From Acidimicrobiaceae bacterium (GTDB taxonomy: Bacteria; Actinomycetota; Acidimicrobiia; Acidimicrobiales; Poriferisodalaceae): a stretch of 64,000 bases of DNA. The notes beneath the pieces are model-generated. The model did no database searches and was not told the origin of the DNA. It saw nothing but the letters and a program-made list of their open reading frames with translations. Position 1 is the first letter of the stretch. Each line of letters starts with the position of its first letter. Where the stretch lies: contig PBKA01000010.1 of the NCBI GenBank assembly GCA_002721305.1, positions 10,974 through 74,973 of the forward strand. Reading direction: 5' to 3'. The translations under genes were made by a program, and so were the position numbers. Positions 18,397 through 29,388 of the stretch are shown piece after piece.

Positions 18397-19017
18397 GTGT
18401 CGGTATTTCGCCGGGCCGCCCTGCGGCGGGGCACACCGGCTGACTACCTGGTTGTGGGCTTGGGAAACCCGGGCGCTAAGTATCTGGGTACCCGACACAA
18501 CATGGGATATGAGGTCGTCGAGCAAATAGCGCAACGCGAGATGACTTCGTTTGACACCTCCAAACGTGACCGAGCCAGAACTGCTGCCATCACTTATCAG
18601 GGATACCGAGTGATCCTCGCTTGTCCCATCACGCTCATGAATCTGAGCGGAGAGTCCGTCTCCTCGCTAGTTCGTCGCAACGGAATCGACCAAGTGGATC
18701 GCGTCGTGGTCGTTCACGATGAACTTGATCTGGAACCAGGTCGTGTCAAGGTCAAACGGGGTGGCTCAAACGCCGGACACAACGGACTTAATTCCATACG
18801 TCAACACCTTGGTACAGATGACTTTGTTCGTATCCGGATAGGGGTGGGAAAGCCCCCCGACCCTCAAAGCGGAAGAGATTGGGTTCTGAGAAGGCCATCA
18901 CCCGACGATCGTTCGACACTCGACCCCGCCGTAGATGTTGGAGTTGAAGCAGTTAAGGCAGTTGTTGTGGGCGGCGTGGAACAAGCAATGAATGAAATAA
19001 ATGGTCGCCAACCGTGA
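18397..19017 (+). CDS. pth: peptidyl-tRNA hydrolase
   Basis: YLVVGLGNPGAKYLGTRHNMGY; GTG start. Confidence 0.9.
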   Translation: MSVFRRAALRRGTPADYLVVGLGNPGAKYLGTRHNMGYEVVEQIAQREMTSFDTSKRDRARTAAITYQGYRVILACPITLMNLSGESVSSLVRRNGIDQVDRVVVVHDELDLEPGRVKVKRGGSNAGHNGLNSIRQHLGTDDFVRIRIGVGKPPDPQSGRDWVLRRPSPDDRSTLDPAVDVGVEAVKAVVVGGVEQAMNEINGRQP

Positions 19018-22000
19018 ACCAGAGAGGTGTCCTATCGGAATTGCCGCGACGACTCGCAGTTGACCAAGGGCTCCGACAGGTACTGGGGCGCGGCAACGCC
19101 CAAATAGCGGTAGCGCAGGCAGGCAGGGCCTTTTTTGTCGCCGGTGTCGCGAACTTAACCGACCGGAGTCCGATAGTGGTGGTGACCTCCACCATGAACG
19201 AAGCTGAGATCCTGGCGAACGACCTCCGCATATGGTTGAGCAAAGAAGACGTTGAGATCTTTCCGGCGTGGGAGACGCTGCCCTTTGAGAGAGTTAGCCC
19301 TGCCACCGAGACCATGGGAAGACGGCTCGAAGTTATCAACAAGCTTCACAACGGAGTTGCGCCGAGGATCATTGTCAGTCCTGTTCGAGCGATCCTTCAG
19401 CGCATCAATCCCGAGATCCGAGACATCCAACTCCTTGAATTCGAGCGTGGCGAAAAGGCAGATATTTCCGAACTATCGGCATCCCTCATTGCCCAAGGAT
19501 ATAGACGCGAACTTCAAGTTGAAGGCCGAGGTGAATTCGCGGTTAGAGGCGGAATCGTCGACATCTTCCCGCCAACGAGCACGTCTCCGATCAGAATGGA
19601 TTTATGGGGTGACCAAATTGAACGGTTAAGTGAATTTGCCGTCTCAGATCAACGATCCACTGCTGACATCGAGTCGATCACTGTAACTCCGGCTCGGGAG
19701 CTAGCGCTCACTATCCGGGTGCGAGAACGCGCGCAGGAACTAAAGACCACAGAGCCATGGGGTGAGGAACAATGGGAACGTCTCGCGTCGGGCCAGTTCT
19801 TCGATGGAATGGAATCTTGGCTTCCATGGTTAGTCAACGAAGAGCTAATACTTGCCGATCTGTTACCTCCCAATTCGTTGCTCTTTCTACTCGATCCCAA
19901 GAGGCTGAAAGATCGGTCTTCTGAGCTGGTAGCGGAAGAAGATGATCTGGCGCAGACATTGGCAACGACGTGGAAAGCGTTGGACTCCGGGGGAGAAATT
20001 CGAACCTTCCCCGGGCTTCATGTTCGATTTGAGCGAGCGTTGAGCAAATGTCGGTCCGATGTGTGGACGATCACCCACACATCTCCGAACCCGGGGGACC
20101 CTAGATTCGAAACTCAGCCCTGGAAAACAGCAGCGGGAAACCCGGAGCCGCTGCTTGACCAGATAAGAGATCTGTCCTCTCGGTCAAGCCAACAGTTACT
20201 TGTAGCAGCGGACGGTAAAGGCTCAGCTGAAAGAGTCGCAAAAGCGTTGCGTGCTGAAAACATTGATCTAAGTGTCCAAGAAGGTGGACCATATAAGGAG
20301 AGCCCAGGCGGACACGTGGTTACGGCGCCGCTTGAGAACGGGTTTATCGCCCCAACTCTGTCGCTAGCGGTCCTGACGGAACGGGACATAACTGGCCGTC
20401 GAAGAACACATCGAGTTGGTCGGCCGACAAAAGGATCTCAACGTACGTTTGAAGATCTACAAGCCGGAGACTATGTGGTGCATCACCATCACGGGGTCGC
20501 CCGGTATGCGGGAATGGAACATCGGACGCTTATGGGTTCTGAGAGGGACTACCTAGTGCTCGATTTCAAAGGTACGGACAGGTTGTACCTGCCCAGCGAC
20601 CAAATAGAGTTCATCCGTCCCTACGTTGGCGGGGAGACACCTTCGCTCAGTCGAATGGGCGGTGCTGACTTCGCGAAACAAAAACAACGAGTTCGGAGCG
20701 CTGTCTCGGAAATAGCACAAGAATTGGTAGTCCTTTACCAGTCACGTTTGCAATCAACAGGACACTCCTTTCCTGCCCAAACACAGTGGATGAAAGAACT
20801 TTCCGAGTCATTTCGTTTCGAAGAGACCCCTGACCAAATGACTGCCATAGAAGAGGTCCTTTCGGATATGGAGTCACCGCATCCCATGGATCGCCTGATA
20901 TGTGGCGACGTCGGTTTCGGCAAAACCGAAGTCGCGATGCGAGCCGCCTTTAGCGCCATCGCTGAGGGAAAACAGGTCGCGGTGTTAGTCCCGACAACTC
21001 TCTTGGCACAGCAACACCATCAAACTTTTGAAGATAGATACGCAGGTCACCCAGTACGAGTGGAAGCGCTAAGCCGCTTTCTCACTCCAACGCAGCAGCG
21101 TCGAGTGATCACAGAAACCATTGATGGCGCCGTCGACGTACTGATCGGAACTCACCGTCTGTTGTCTGAAGACGTTCGGTTCAAGAATCTGGGGCTTTTG
21201 ATCATCGATGAAGAACAGCGATTCGGAGTCGCTCACAAGGAAACCATAAAGAGATTCAAAACTGATGTAGATGTCCTCACCCTGAGTGCGACCCCTATTC
21301 CCCGAACCCTTGAAATGAGTCTCACGGGAATCAGAGATCTATCATTGTTGCACACTGCACCAGCAGCACGGCAACCCATCCTCACGCATGTGGGCGAATA
21401 CGATGAGCGAGCTGCTACCGAAGCTATAAGACGAGAGTTGTTGCGCGAGGGACAAGTATTTTTCGTCCATAACAAAGTGGAGGACATCGCTGCTGTCGCT
21501 GAACGACTTCACGAGATGGTCCCGGAGGCGCGTATCGGGGTGGCGCACGGCCAAATGGATGAAGGTTCCTTAGAACAGGTGGTTATAGATTTCTGGGAAC
21601 GTGCCTACGACGTTCTAGTTTGCACCACGATTATTGAGTCGGGTATCGATATGCCGAGCGTCAACACCCTTGTCGTTGATCGGGCTGATCTCATGGGGCT
21701 TGGTCAACTTCACCAGTTGCGTGGAAGAGTCGGGCGCTCAGGACAACGGGCCTACGCCTATCTCTTCTACCCACCCAACAAGGCGTTGACTGAGAAGGCG
21801 TTCGAAAGGCTGAGAACTATAGGCGAGGCAACTCAACTCGGGTCGGGCTTTCGGATAGCTATGCGCGACCTCGAAATTCGAGGAGCGGGAAATTTACTTG
21901 GAGGAGCCCAATCCGGTCACATAGCTGCGGTTGGCTACGACCTCTACTGCGAAATGGTGACCGAAGCGGTCGCCGAGTTAAAGGGTGAGCCGATCGACCG

Positions 22001-22454
22001 AGTGCCTGACATCAACATTGATTTACCCATCGAGGCGTACCTTCCAAATAACTACGTCGAAGCTGAAGAACAACGTTTGGAGGCGTATCGGAGATTAGCT
22101 GCGGTCACTGAACTCATAGAGGTTGCAGACATCGAAGCCGAATGGATCGATAGATATGGACCTGTTCCCGAAGCGGCTCAGACACTCCTGCACGCGGCCC
22201 TACTTCGATCTGAATGCGTCAGGTTGGCAATAGCCGACATCAGTGTCACTCACAGGAACCGTGTACGAGTGTCCCCAATCGAATTAACCCAAAGTGAACA
22301 GATCCGATACCAACGCCTAATCGGTGAAGATAATTTCAACGGTGGGGCCTACAAAGAAGATTTTCTTGAGTTAACGATCCACCTTCAAGACGTTGGACCC
22401 AAGCTGCCTGGTGACATCTTTAACTTTCTTCGTGAACTTCGGCCCACCAAATAG
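19014..22454 (+). CDS. mfd: transcription-repair coupling factor
   Basis: 1146 aa. SF2 helicase motifs GDVGFGKTEVAMRAAF and LIIDEEQRFGV. GTGA overlap with pth. Confidence 0.95.
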   Translation: MNQRGVLSELPRRLAVDQGLRQVLGRGNAQIAVAQAGRAFFVAGVANLTDRSPIVVVTSTMNEAEILANDLRIWLSKEDVEIFPAWETLPFERVSPATETMGRRLEVINKLHNGVAPRIIVSPVRAILQRINPEIRDIQLLEFERGEKADISELSASLIAQGYRRELQVEGRGEFAVRGGIVDIFPPTSTSPIRMDLWGDQIERLSEFAVSDQRSTADIESITVTPARELALTIRVRERAQELKTTEPWGEEQWERLASGQFFDGMESWLPWLVNEELILADLLPPNSLLFLLDPKRLKDRSSELVAEEDDLAQTLATTWKALDSGGEIRTFPGLHVRFERALSKCRSDVWTITHTSPNPGDPRFETQPWKTAAGNPEPLLDQIRDLSSRSSQQLLVAADGKGSAERVAKALRAENIDLSVQEGGPYKESPGGHVVTAPLENGFIAPTLSLAVLTERDITGRRRTHRVGRPTKGSQRTFEDLQAGDYVVHHHHGVARYAGMEHRTLMGSERDYLVLDFKGTDRLYLPSDQIEFIRPYVGGETPSLSRMGGADFAKQKQRVRSAVSEIAQELVVLYQSRLQSTGHSFPAQTQWMKELSESFRFEETPDQMTAIEEVLSDMESPHPMDRLICGDVGFGKTEVAMRAAFSAIAEGKQVAVLVPTTLLAQQHHQTFEDRYAGHPVRVEALSRFLTPTQQRRVITETIDGAVDVLIGTHRLLSEDVRFKNLGLLIIDEEQRFGVAHKETIKRFKTDVDVLTLSATPIPRTLEMSLTGIRDLSLLHTAPAARQPILTHVGEYDERAATEAIRRELLREGQVFFVHNKVEDIAAVAERLHEMVPEARIGVAHGQMDEGSLEQVVIDFWERAYDVLVCTTIIESGIDMPSVNTLVVDRADLMGLGQLHQLRGRVGRSGQRAYAYLFYPPNKALTEKAFERLRTIGEATQLGSGFRIAMRDLEIRGAGNLLGGAQSGHIAAVGYDLYCEMVTEAVAELKGEPIDRVPDINIDLPIEAYLPNNYVEAEEQRLEAYRRLAAVTELIEVADIEAEWIDRYGPVPEAAQTLLHAALLRSECVRLAIADISVTHRNRVRVSPIELTQSEQIRYQRLIGEDNFNGGAYKEDFLELTIHLQDVGPKLPGDIFNFLRELRPTK

Positions 22455-22480
22455 GGCATTGAACCCGTACCATTTCCGTC

Positions 22481-23443
22481 GTGGTACTTAATTGGATCAA
22501 GAAGCGACAGGTCCCAACTGCGACGTTGATATCCATGTTGGTGGTACTAGCTGCCGGATGCAGCGCTAGCCCTGAACAGACCAGCCTTCTTAACCGTGAC
22601 GAAATCTTTGACCGCATCGATCAAGATGATGACGGAATCGCATTGCGCGCTGACTACGAGACAGTGGTCGCCCTCAGCAACCGAACAATGGTGGTCGCGT
22701 CCTACCCCGGGGGTGATATCACCATAGAAGCTGTCTTGGACAGCCTGACTGAATCTCCCCCCAGTGGTCTGATCGATGCAGAGAACCCCTCTGTGGAGCA
22801 GTTTCGAGCGCGCTTAACTTCTATGGTGCGACTCCGTCTCGCAGCCGTTGCGATCGACGAGGCAGGGTTTGAAATTGAGTTCGAAGTCGATGATGAGATC
22901 TTGAACTCTCAGGTTCAAACCCACCTATCAGGTGGGTTCGAAGAGTGGGCTCAAAGAGAAGCTGTGAAAGCCGACCCGCGGCTAGACAAATTCGCGACAC
23001 CGCATTGCATAACTGTTATTGCAACTGGAACCGAGATCGAAGCGGTAGCTGCTAGAGAGCGACTCGACGCCGGAGAGTTAGCTCCAGTTGTTGCCTCAGA
23101 AGTCAACATCGCAGGCTCCACACCGTCGCCCAATGGTGACGTTGGATGCGCGGATCTTCTTACGTGGGCGAATGCATTTGGTGAAAGCGCGGCGCCCTTA
23201 GGAGCAATGAACGCTGGTGATATGTCAGAGGTTGTCTCAATGGCTTCGGATTACAGTCCAACGGGGCGTTTGTGGTTGGTGTTCTTTGTTCGAGAACTAC
23301 GACATGAGGAAAAAAATCTTTCAGTGCTGGGCCCCTTCGCCCAGCGAGTTCTAGCCGATTTAGTGGTGGGTTACGAAGTGGTGGTCGACGACGGAATTGG
23401 AAGTTGGGACCCAGCTGGGCTTTCTGTAACTCCTGCGAGGTAG
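22481..23443 (+). CDS. lipoprotein, possibly SurA-N/parvulin-like chaperone (weak)
   Basis: Lipobox LVVLAAGCS near the N-terminus. The rest only loosely resembles SurA-N plus a degenerate PpiC domain. It occupies the slot between mfd and mazG. Confidence 0.4.
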   Translation: MVLNWIKKRQVPTATLISMLVVLAAGCSASPEQTSLLNRDEIFDRIDQDDDGIALRADYETVVALSNRTMVVASYPGGDITIEAVLDSLTESPPSGLIDAENPSVEQFRARLTSMVRLRLAAVAIDEAGFEIEFEVDDEILNSQVQTHLSGGFEEWAQREAVKADPRLDKFATPHCITVIATGTEIEAVAARERLDAGELAPVVASEVNIAGSTPSPNGDVGCADLLTWANAFGESAAPLGAMNAGDMSEVVSMASDYSPTGRLWLVFFVRELRHEEKNLSVLGPFAQRVLADLVVGYEVVVDDGIGSWDPAGLSVTPAR

Positions 23444-23450
23444 GTCAACG

Positions 23451-24503
23451 TTGCCAAAGATCATCATCGGCGGGATTGGTCCCGGGGCCGAAAATTTGGT
23501 GCCGGAGACTTCGCGCACACTTGCAAGGGACCACCCAACCTTCTTGCGAACTCGACGTCATCCCTGCGCTCAACTCTTTACCGACGCGAAGTCGTTCGAC
23601 GACTTGTATGAATCGGAATCCTCCGTCGAGAAGGTATATACATCCATAGTTGAGCGGCTGCTCTCCGAAGCCGAGGGTCACGGAACCATCGCGTATCTGT
23701 TGCCAGGTTCTCCCCTCGTCGCCGAACGCACAGTTGCCCTCTTGCGGGAACAAGAGGACGTTGCAATAGAGGTGATACCAAGCGTCTCGTTCCTCGATTT
23801 AGCGTGGGAGAGACTTCGAGTCGACCCCGTCGCCGGGCGAGTCACCATCGTTGATGGTCAAAATTTCGAAAATGAAATTATCGGATTAACCGGGCCTGTG
23901 TTGGTAGCGCAATGTGAAGATCGGTTTGTCTTGTCGGACATCAAGGTTTCCATAGACGTGGACAAGCCGCCGGTCGTCACCGTCCTTCAGCGTCTGGGTC
24001 TCGAGAGTGAAAACATTTTCCAAGTCGGCTGGGAACAACTAGATCGTGATGTCGATCCGGATCACCTGACCTGCCTATGGGTTGCAGAGCTACCTGCCAC
24101 GACAACTAGTGACGCGATGACGCATCTTCACGCCGTAGTGGGTCGACTTAGAGCAGAGTGTCCGTGGGATAGGGAACAAACCCACGCCAGCCTTGTCGCA
24201 GGCCTTATCGAAGAAGCTAACGAAGTGGTTGAAGCAATCGGCCTAGTGGAAAGCGACTTAGGATCGTTCGACGGGTTGATTGAAGAACTGGGGGATCTGC
24301 TTTTCCATATCGCCCTCCAAAGCGCGATTGGCGAAGAAAAAGGGATCTTTGACTTGGGTGACGTTGCTCGGGGAATTCACGACAAGATGGTTCGCCGACA
24401 TCCCCATATTTTCGACCGGGACCCTGAGACCCCGATGCCGAGTCCAGAACAGCTCGCCGAGCAGTGGAAAGCAATAAAAGCTGCTGAGGAACATAAAGCT
24501 TGA
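23451..24503 (+). CDS. mazG: MazG-family nucleoside triphosphate pyrophosphohydrolase with an N-terminal TP-methylase-like domain (YabN-like)
   Basis: The C-terminal MazG EE..E..D region reads LIEEANEVVEAI...ELGDLLFHI. The N-terminal IIGGIGPG... is methylase-like. Confidence 0.8.
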   Translation: MPKIIIGGIGPGAENLVPETSRTLARDHPTFLRTRRHPCAQLFTDAKSFDDLYESESSVEKVYTSIVERLLSEAEGHGTIAYLLPGSPLVAERTVALLREQEDVAIEVIPSVSFLDLAWERLRVDPVAGRVTIVDGQNFENEIIGLTGPVLVAQCEDRFVLSDIKVSIDVDKPPVVTVLQRLGLESENIFQVGWEQLDRDVDPDHLTCLWVAELPATTTSDAMTHLHAVVGRLRAECPWDREQTHASLVAGLIEEANEVVEAIGLVESDLGSFDGLIEELGDLLFHIALQSAIGEEKGIFDLGDVARGIHDKMVRRHPHIFDRDPETPMPSPEQLAEQWKAIKAAEEHKA

Positions 24504-24550
24504 ATTAGGCCTTCGATATTGTGCCCGGCCACAGCTACCATCGAACTTGA

Positions 24551-25873
<1,323 letters not shown>

Positions 25874-25889
25874 TTCACCCAATACTCAG

Positions 25890-26324
25890 TTGGGCGAGGA
25901 CTCCCGCCGAGGGTTGACGGGTCGCGCCCAAGCGTCGTTGCGAACATTTGTGGCTCGCTTCGCGAGATTTCGACTCGGTTTATTTGGGCGACGGACTCTG
26001 ATTGCTGTTGTAGTTATTGCGGCACTGGTTCTTGTCGGAGCGTCGTTCCTTCCATTACGACAGTACCGAGAGCAAGGGGAATCCATAGCGCAAAAGGAAC
26101 TGGAACTGAGTGAACTCGAACAGTTGCGCACTGAACTTCAAACGAAACTAGATCGAGCAAAAAATCAGATAGAGAAGGAACGTATCGCACGAAAGCAAAT
26201 GTCCTATGTGCAAGAAGGAGATGAACTCTTTCGAGTTGTAGTGGTTCCTGCCGACATAGTGGATTTGCCGCGCGCTTGGCATCTGCCAGGAGTCAAGTAT
26301 CTGATCACAGGAAAGTTGGACTAA
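25890..26324 (+). CDS. FtsB/DivIC-like septum formation initiator (single TM plus coiled coil)
   Basis: TM segment LIAVVVIAALVLVGASF followed by the coiled coil ELELSELEQLRTELQTKLDRAKNQIEKE. It holds the position after eno, as in mycobacteria. The start is uncertain (TTG 25890/25914 or GTG 25950); the ORF-track start 25827 overlaps eno. Confidence 0.6.
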   Translation: MGEDSRRGLTGRAQASLRTFVARFARFRLGLFGRRTLIAVVVIAALVLVGASFLPLRQYREQGESIAQKELELSELEQLRTELQTKLDRAKNQIEKERIARKQMSYVQEGDELFRVVVVPADIVDLPRAWHLPGVKYLITGKLD

Positions 26325-26346
26325 GCCCAGGCGGTGTCCGGGGTTT

Positions 26347-26904
26347 TCAGATGTCGGTCATTACGCGAACGGCTCGTTCCACTACGACGTCGCGATACTT
26401 CGCGGGATCGACTCCACGTTGTTCTAATGAAAGTCTGATGATCCCAACCGCACCTGCGGCCCGCATCCGGTCTTCAACGGAAGGCTCAGGACCAACAAGA
26501 TATGCGTAAAAATCTCTGGCCTGTCCCCGCAACCGTTGACCGATTGGACTGTGCTGGATGGCTGCGTCGTTGTATACCAAGCGAAACACGTGGATGTCAT
26601 CAGCAAGCAAGTCGTAATACTGACACAGCGCCTCGCGCATCGATTCAGCGCTCTGATCAAACTCACGAATGCGTTGCAATAACGCGTCGCTGCCGTCGTG
26701 GAGTTTCTTCGCCAACCCTTCCAACACATCATTCTTGGAAGCAAAGTGATAGTAGAGAGCTGCCGGAGTTATGTTGAGACTTGCCGTTAACTGACGAATT
26801 GAAGTGCCGTCGTAGCCGTGAGTCGCAAAAAGTTCCCGTGCGTTATCCAAAATCTGAGCTTTGGTGTTCACTGCTCGCTTGTTCTCTGCTTCAACGGCTG
26901 ACAT
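26347..26904 (-). CDS. TetR/AcrR-family transcriptional regulator
   Basis: HTH region AQILDNARELFATHGYDGTSIRQLTASLNITPAALYYHFASK. I prefer the second ATG (26904), because the first 14 codons of the ORF-track version are AT-rich and look non-coding. Confidence 0.85.
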   Translation of the reverse strand: MSAVEAENKRAVNTKAQILDNARELFATHGYDGTSIRQLTASLNITPAALYYHFASKNDVLEGLAKKLHDGSDALLQRIREFDQSAESMREALCQYYDLLADDIHVFRLVYNDAAIQHSPIGQRLRGQARDFYAYLVGPEPSVEDRMRAAGAVGIIRLSLEQRGVDPAKYRDVVVERAVRVMTDI

Positions 26905-27155
26905 TACTGAAAACTTATCTAACTCTGATTTGAAATAGATGTTCATAGCCCCCGAAATCGGTAAAAATTCGGTACGGCGATATCGAGATTTGCTGAGAGG
27001 ATTCTGTAGACGCAGGTCTTGCCGGCAGCGCTAGATGTGAGTTTCGAATTGAGTCCATAAAAGAAGTCCGCCATTCAGTGAGGCAATCGGCCCGTTCATG
27101 GGGCATGATTGGGGCCGGCTAATGGCCGCCCTACTGTTGGAGGAAGGGGACAACT

Positions 27156-27623
27156 GTGGAAATCAGCGTGACCATAAACGGTGCCAACCGTACGAGCGAA
27201 GTCGAACCTCGAACTTTGCTGGTCTATTACTTGCGCGATGAGCTTGGGCTTACCGGTACGAATGTGGGATGTGACACCTCTTCTTGCGGGGCGTGCACTG
27301 TTCACGTCAACGGCGAATCAGTTAAGTCCTGCACGATGCTGGCTGTCCAAGCCGACGGGCAGGACGTGACAACGATAGAGGGTCTTGCTCCTTCGGCAGA
27401 TCAGCTCCACCCGATGCAGGAAAGCTTCCAAGACAACCATGGCCTTCAATGCGGCTACTGCACCCCGGGTATGGTCATGGCTGCCTGCTCGCTACTCGAA
27501 GAAAATCCTGCGCCAACAGAAGCCGAGGTGCGTGAAGGCCTTGAAGGAAACCTTTGCAGGTGTACCGGCTACCACAACATCGTCAAAGCGGTCCTGGCCT
27601 GTAGTGGCCAGGACGTGAGCTGA
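27156..27623 (+). CDS. [2Fe-2S] small subunit of a molybdenum hydroxylase (CoxS/CutS/XdhC-iron-sulfur type)
   Basis: Two Cys clusters: [12 protein letters not shown], and CGYCTPG...CRCTGY. GTG start preceded by GGAGGAAGGGG. Confidence 0.9.
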   Translation: MEISVTINGANRTSEVEPRTLLVYYLRDELGLTGTNVGCDTSSCGACTVHVNGESVKSCTMLAVQADGQDVTTIEGLAPSADQLHPMQESFQDNHGLQCGYCTPGMVMAACSLLEENPAPTEAEVREGLEGNLCRCTGYHNIVKAVLACSGQDVS

Positions 27624-27635
27624 AAGGGCGAACAA

Positions 27636-28463
27636 ATGATTCCAGCAGCCTTTGACTACAAGAAAGCTGATTCAGCAGAGGAAGCGATTGCTCTCGTCGC
27701 CGAGCATGGCGACGAAGCGAAGTTCCTTGCGGGAGGGCATTCCCTTATCCCCATGATGAAGCTACGGCTTGCGGTTCCGAGCGTCTTGGTCGACATCGGA
27801 GGCGTCGAAGATTTGAGCTACATCGACGACCGCGACGACCACATAGCCGTAGGTGCCCTTGCCAAGCATCGCAGTCTTGAAACGAGCGATCTACTTATTT
27901 CAGAATGCCCCTTGCTTGCCCACGTAGCGAGCAAAGTTGGTGATCCCCAAGTCAGACACCGAGGCACACTCGGTGGCTCACTTGCTCACTCCGATCCGGC
28001 ATCAGATCTTCCGGCGGCCGTTTTGGCGTTGGGAGGTTCGCTGGTGGCTCAAGGACCGAACGGTGTGCGAGAGATCACGGCAGCGGATTTCTTCACCGGA
28101 TACTTTGAATCAGCCCTTTCAGAGGACGAAATGCTTACCGAAGTAAGAATTCCCAAAGCTCCGGGAGCAACTTGGAACTATCAAAAGTTCAATCGCCGAG
28201 CACAGGATTGGGCGATTGTTGGAGTCGCGGCGGTCGAAGTTCAAGGCATAACACAGGTTTCGCTTGTGAATATGGGTTCGACGCCACTTCGCGCTTCAGG
28301 CGTTGAGGCGGCACTAGCAGGCGGCGCCTCGGCCGCGGAAGCCGCGGAAGCCGCTGCTGAGGGAACCGAACCCCCGACTGATCTCAATGCTTCACCCGAG
28401 TATCGAAGTCATTTAGCTCAGGTACTCACCCGAAGAGCTCTGGAAGCCAGCGGAGTTTCGTAA
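27636..28463 (+). CDS. FAD-binding medium subunit of a molybdenum hydroxylase (CoxM/CutM type)
   Basis: FLAGGHSLIPMMKLR (FAD-binding PCMH domain) plus a CO-dehydrogenase flavoprotein C-terminal domain. Confidence 0.85.
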   Translation: MIPAAFDYKKADSAEEAIALVAEHGDEAKFLAGGHSLIPMMKLRLAVPSVLVDIGGVEDLSYIDDRDDHIAVGALAKHRSLETSDLLISECPLLAHVASKVGDPQVRHRGTLGGSLAHSDPASDLPAAVLALGGSLVAQGPNGVREITAADFFTGYFESALSEDEMLTEVRIPKAPGATWNYQKFNRRAQDWAIVGVAAVEVQGITQVSLVNMGSTPLRASGVEAALAGGASAAEAAEAAAEGTEPPTDLNASPEYRSHLAQVLTRRALEASGVS

Positions 28464-28484
28464 CCGGGCGAAGTACCGAAGTCA

Positions 28485-28498
28485 CGGAACCGGTTCCG
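28485..28498. repeat. perfect 14-bp palindrome CGGAACCGGTTCCG between convergent genes
   Basis: Read directly from the sequence. Confidence 0.8.
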
Positions 28499-28530
28499 GC
28501 CTTTAGTCATCGATTGGGAAATCGACAACG

Positions 28531-29277
28531 CTAATCAAGAAGTCCCGACGCCTGACCACCATCAATTAGTAGCCCCGTGCCTGTTATGAACTTGGCTTGT
28601 TCCGAACAAAGGAAAGCGACCGCGGCCCCAAAGTCGTCGGGATCGCCGGTGATACGAGCTGGAACCGTAGACGCAGCTGTCTCTTTATCTGGAACAATCT
28701 TTGCAACCCTGTCAGTCCAATGAGTTCCTGGTTGCGCTGAGTTAATAGTGACTCCATCAGCGGCAACTTCGCGCGCCGTAATTTTTAAGAAGCTGGTGAG
28801 ACCTGCCCGAGCAACGGAACTCGCCATCAAGTATTCGATCGGTTGTTTCACTCCGACGCTGGTTATGGCACAGACCCTGCCCCAACCGCGATCGCGCATC
28901 GCGGGAATTGCTGACCGACACATCTCGATCATGGCTCTGCAGTTCATGTCAAAGGCTTCTTGATAAGAGTCCAGATCGGTGTTTTCGAAGGTTCCTGGCG
29001 GTGGGCCGCCTGCGTTCGTCACCAAAATGTCCAGTTGCCCCAGTTCAGCAGTTGCCTGTTCGACAAATTCGCGCCCTGAACTCGGAGTTGATAGATCCGC
29101 CTCAAGAGTTATGACCTCTCCACCAATCGCGGTTGCAGCTTCGCTGAGTTTGGCGGCGTCTCGCCCGCAAATAGCGACTCGAACCCCTTCGGCTGCGAGA
29201 GCCTTGGCAGCCCCAAGCCCAAGGCCCGCTGAGCCTGCTGCGACTGCCGCAGTTCGTCCACTGATGCCAAGATCCAT
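28531..29277 (-). CDS. SDR-family oxidoreductase
   Basis: Rossmann motif AAVAAGSAGLGLGAAKALAAEG and NAGG. I prefer ATG 29277 (MDLGISGRTA...) over the ORF-track start 29307. Confidence 0.8.
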   Translation of the reverse strand: MDLGISGRTAAVAAGSAGLGLGAAKALAAEGVRVAICGRDAAKLSEAATAIGGEVITLEADLSTPSSGREFVEQATAELGQLDILVTNAGGPPPGTFENTDLDSYQEAFDMNCRAMIEMCRSAIPAMRDRGWGRVCAITSVGVKQPIEYLMASSVARAGLTSFLKITAREVAADGVTINSAQPGTHWTDRVAKIVPDKETAASTVPARITGDPDDFGAAVAFLCSEQAKFITGTGLLIDGGQASGLLD

Positions 29278-29388
29278 TTTCAAATCCCTTCTAATCCCTG
29301 GCGGCAAGATATCCCCAAACCCCAGGGTTGTGCTGAATGAAGTGTCATTAGGGGCTAAATCCCTCCTAGCCCGTATTCTGTTTGACGC

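Noticed and set aside
27621-27638. coxS-like and coxM-like ORFs are in the same frame, separated by TGA plus 4 codons; possible read-through or selenocysteine
   Set aside because: S and M are canonical separate subunits. An AAGGG Shine-Dalgarno-like element and an ATG precede coxM. There is no redox motif at the stop. Same-frame adjacency is expected by chance one time in three.
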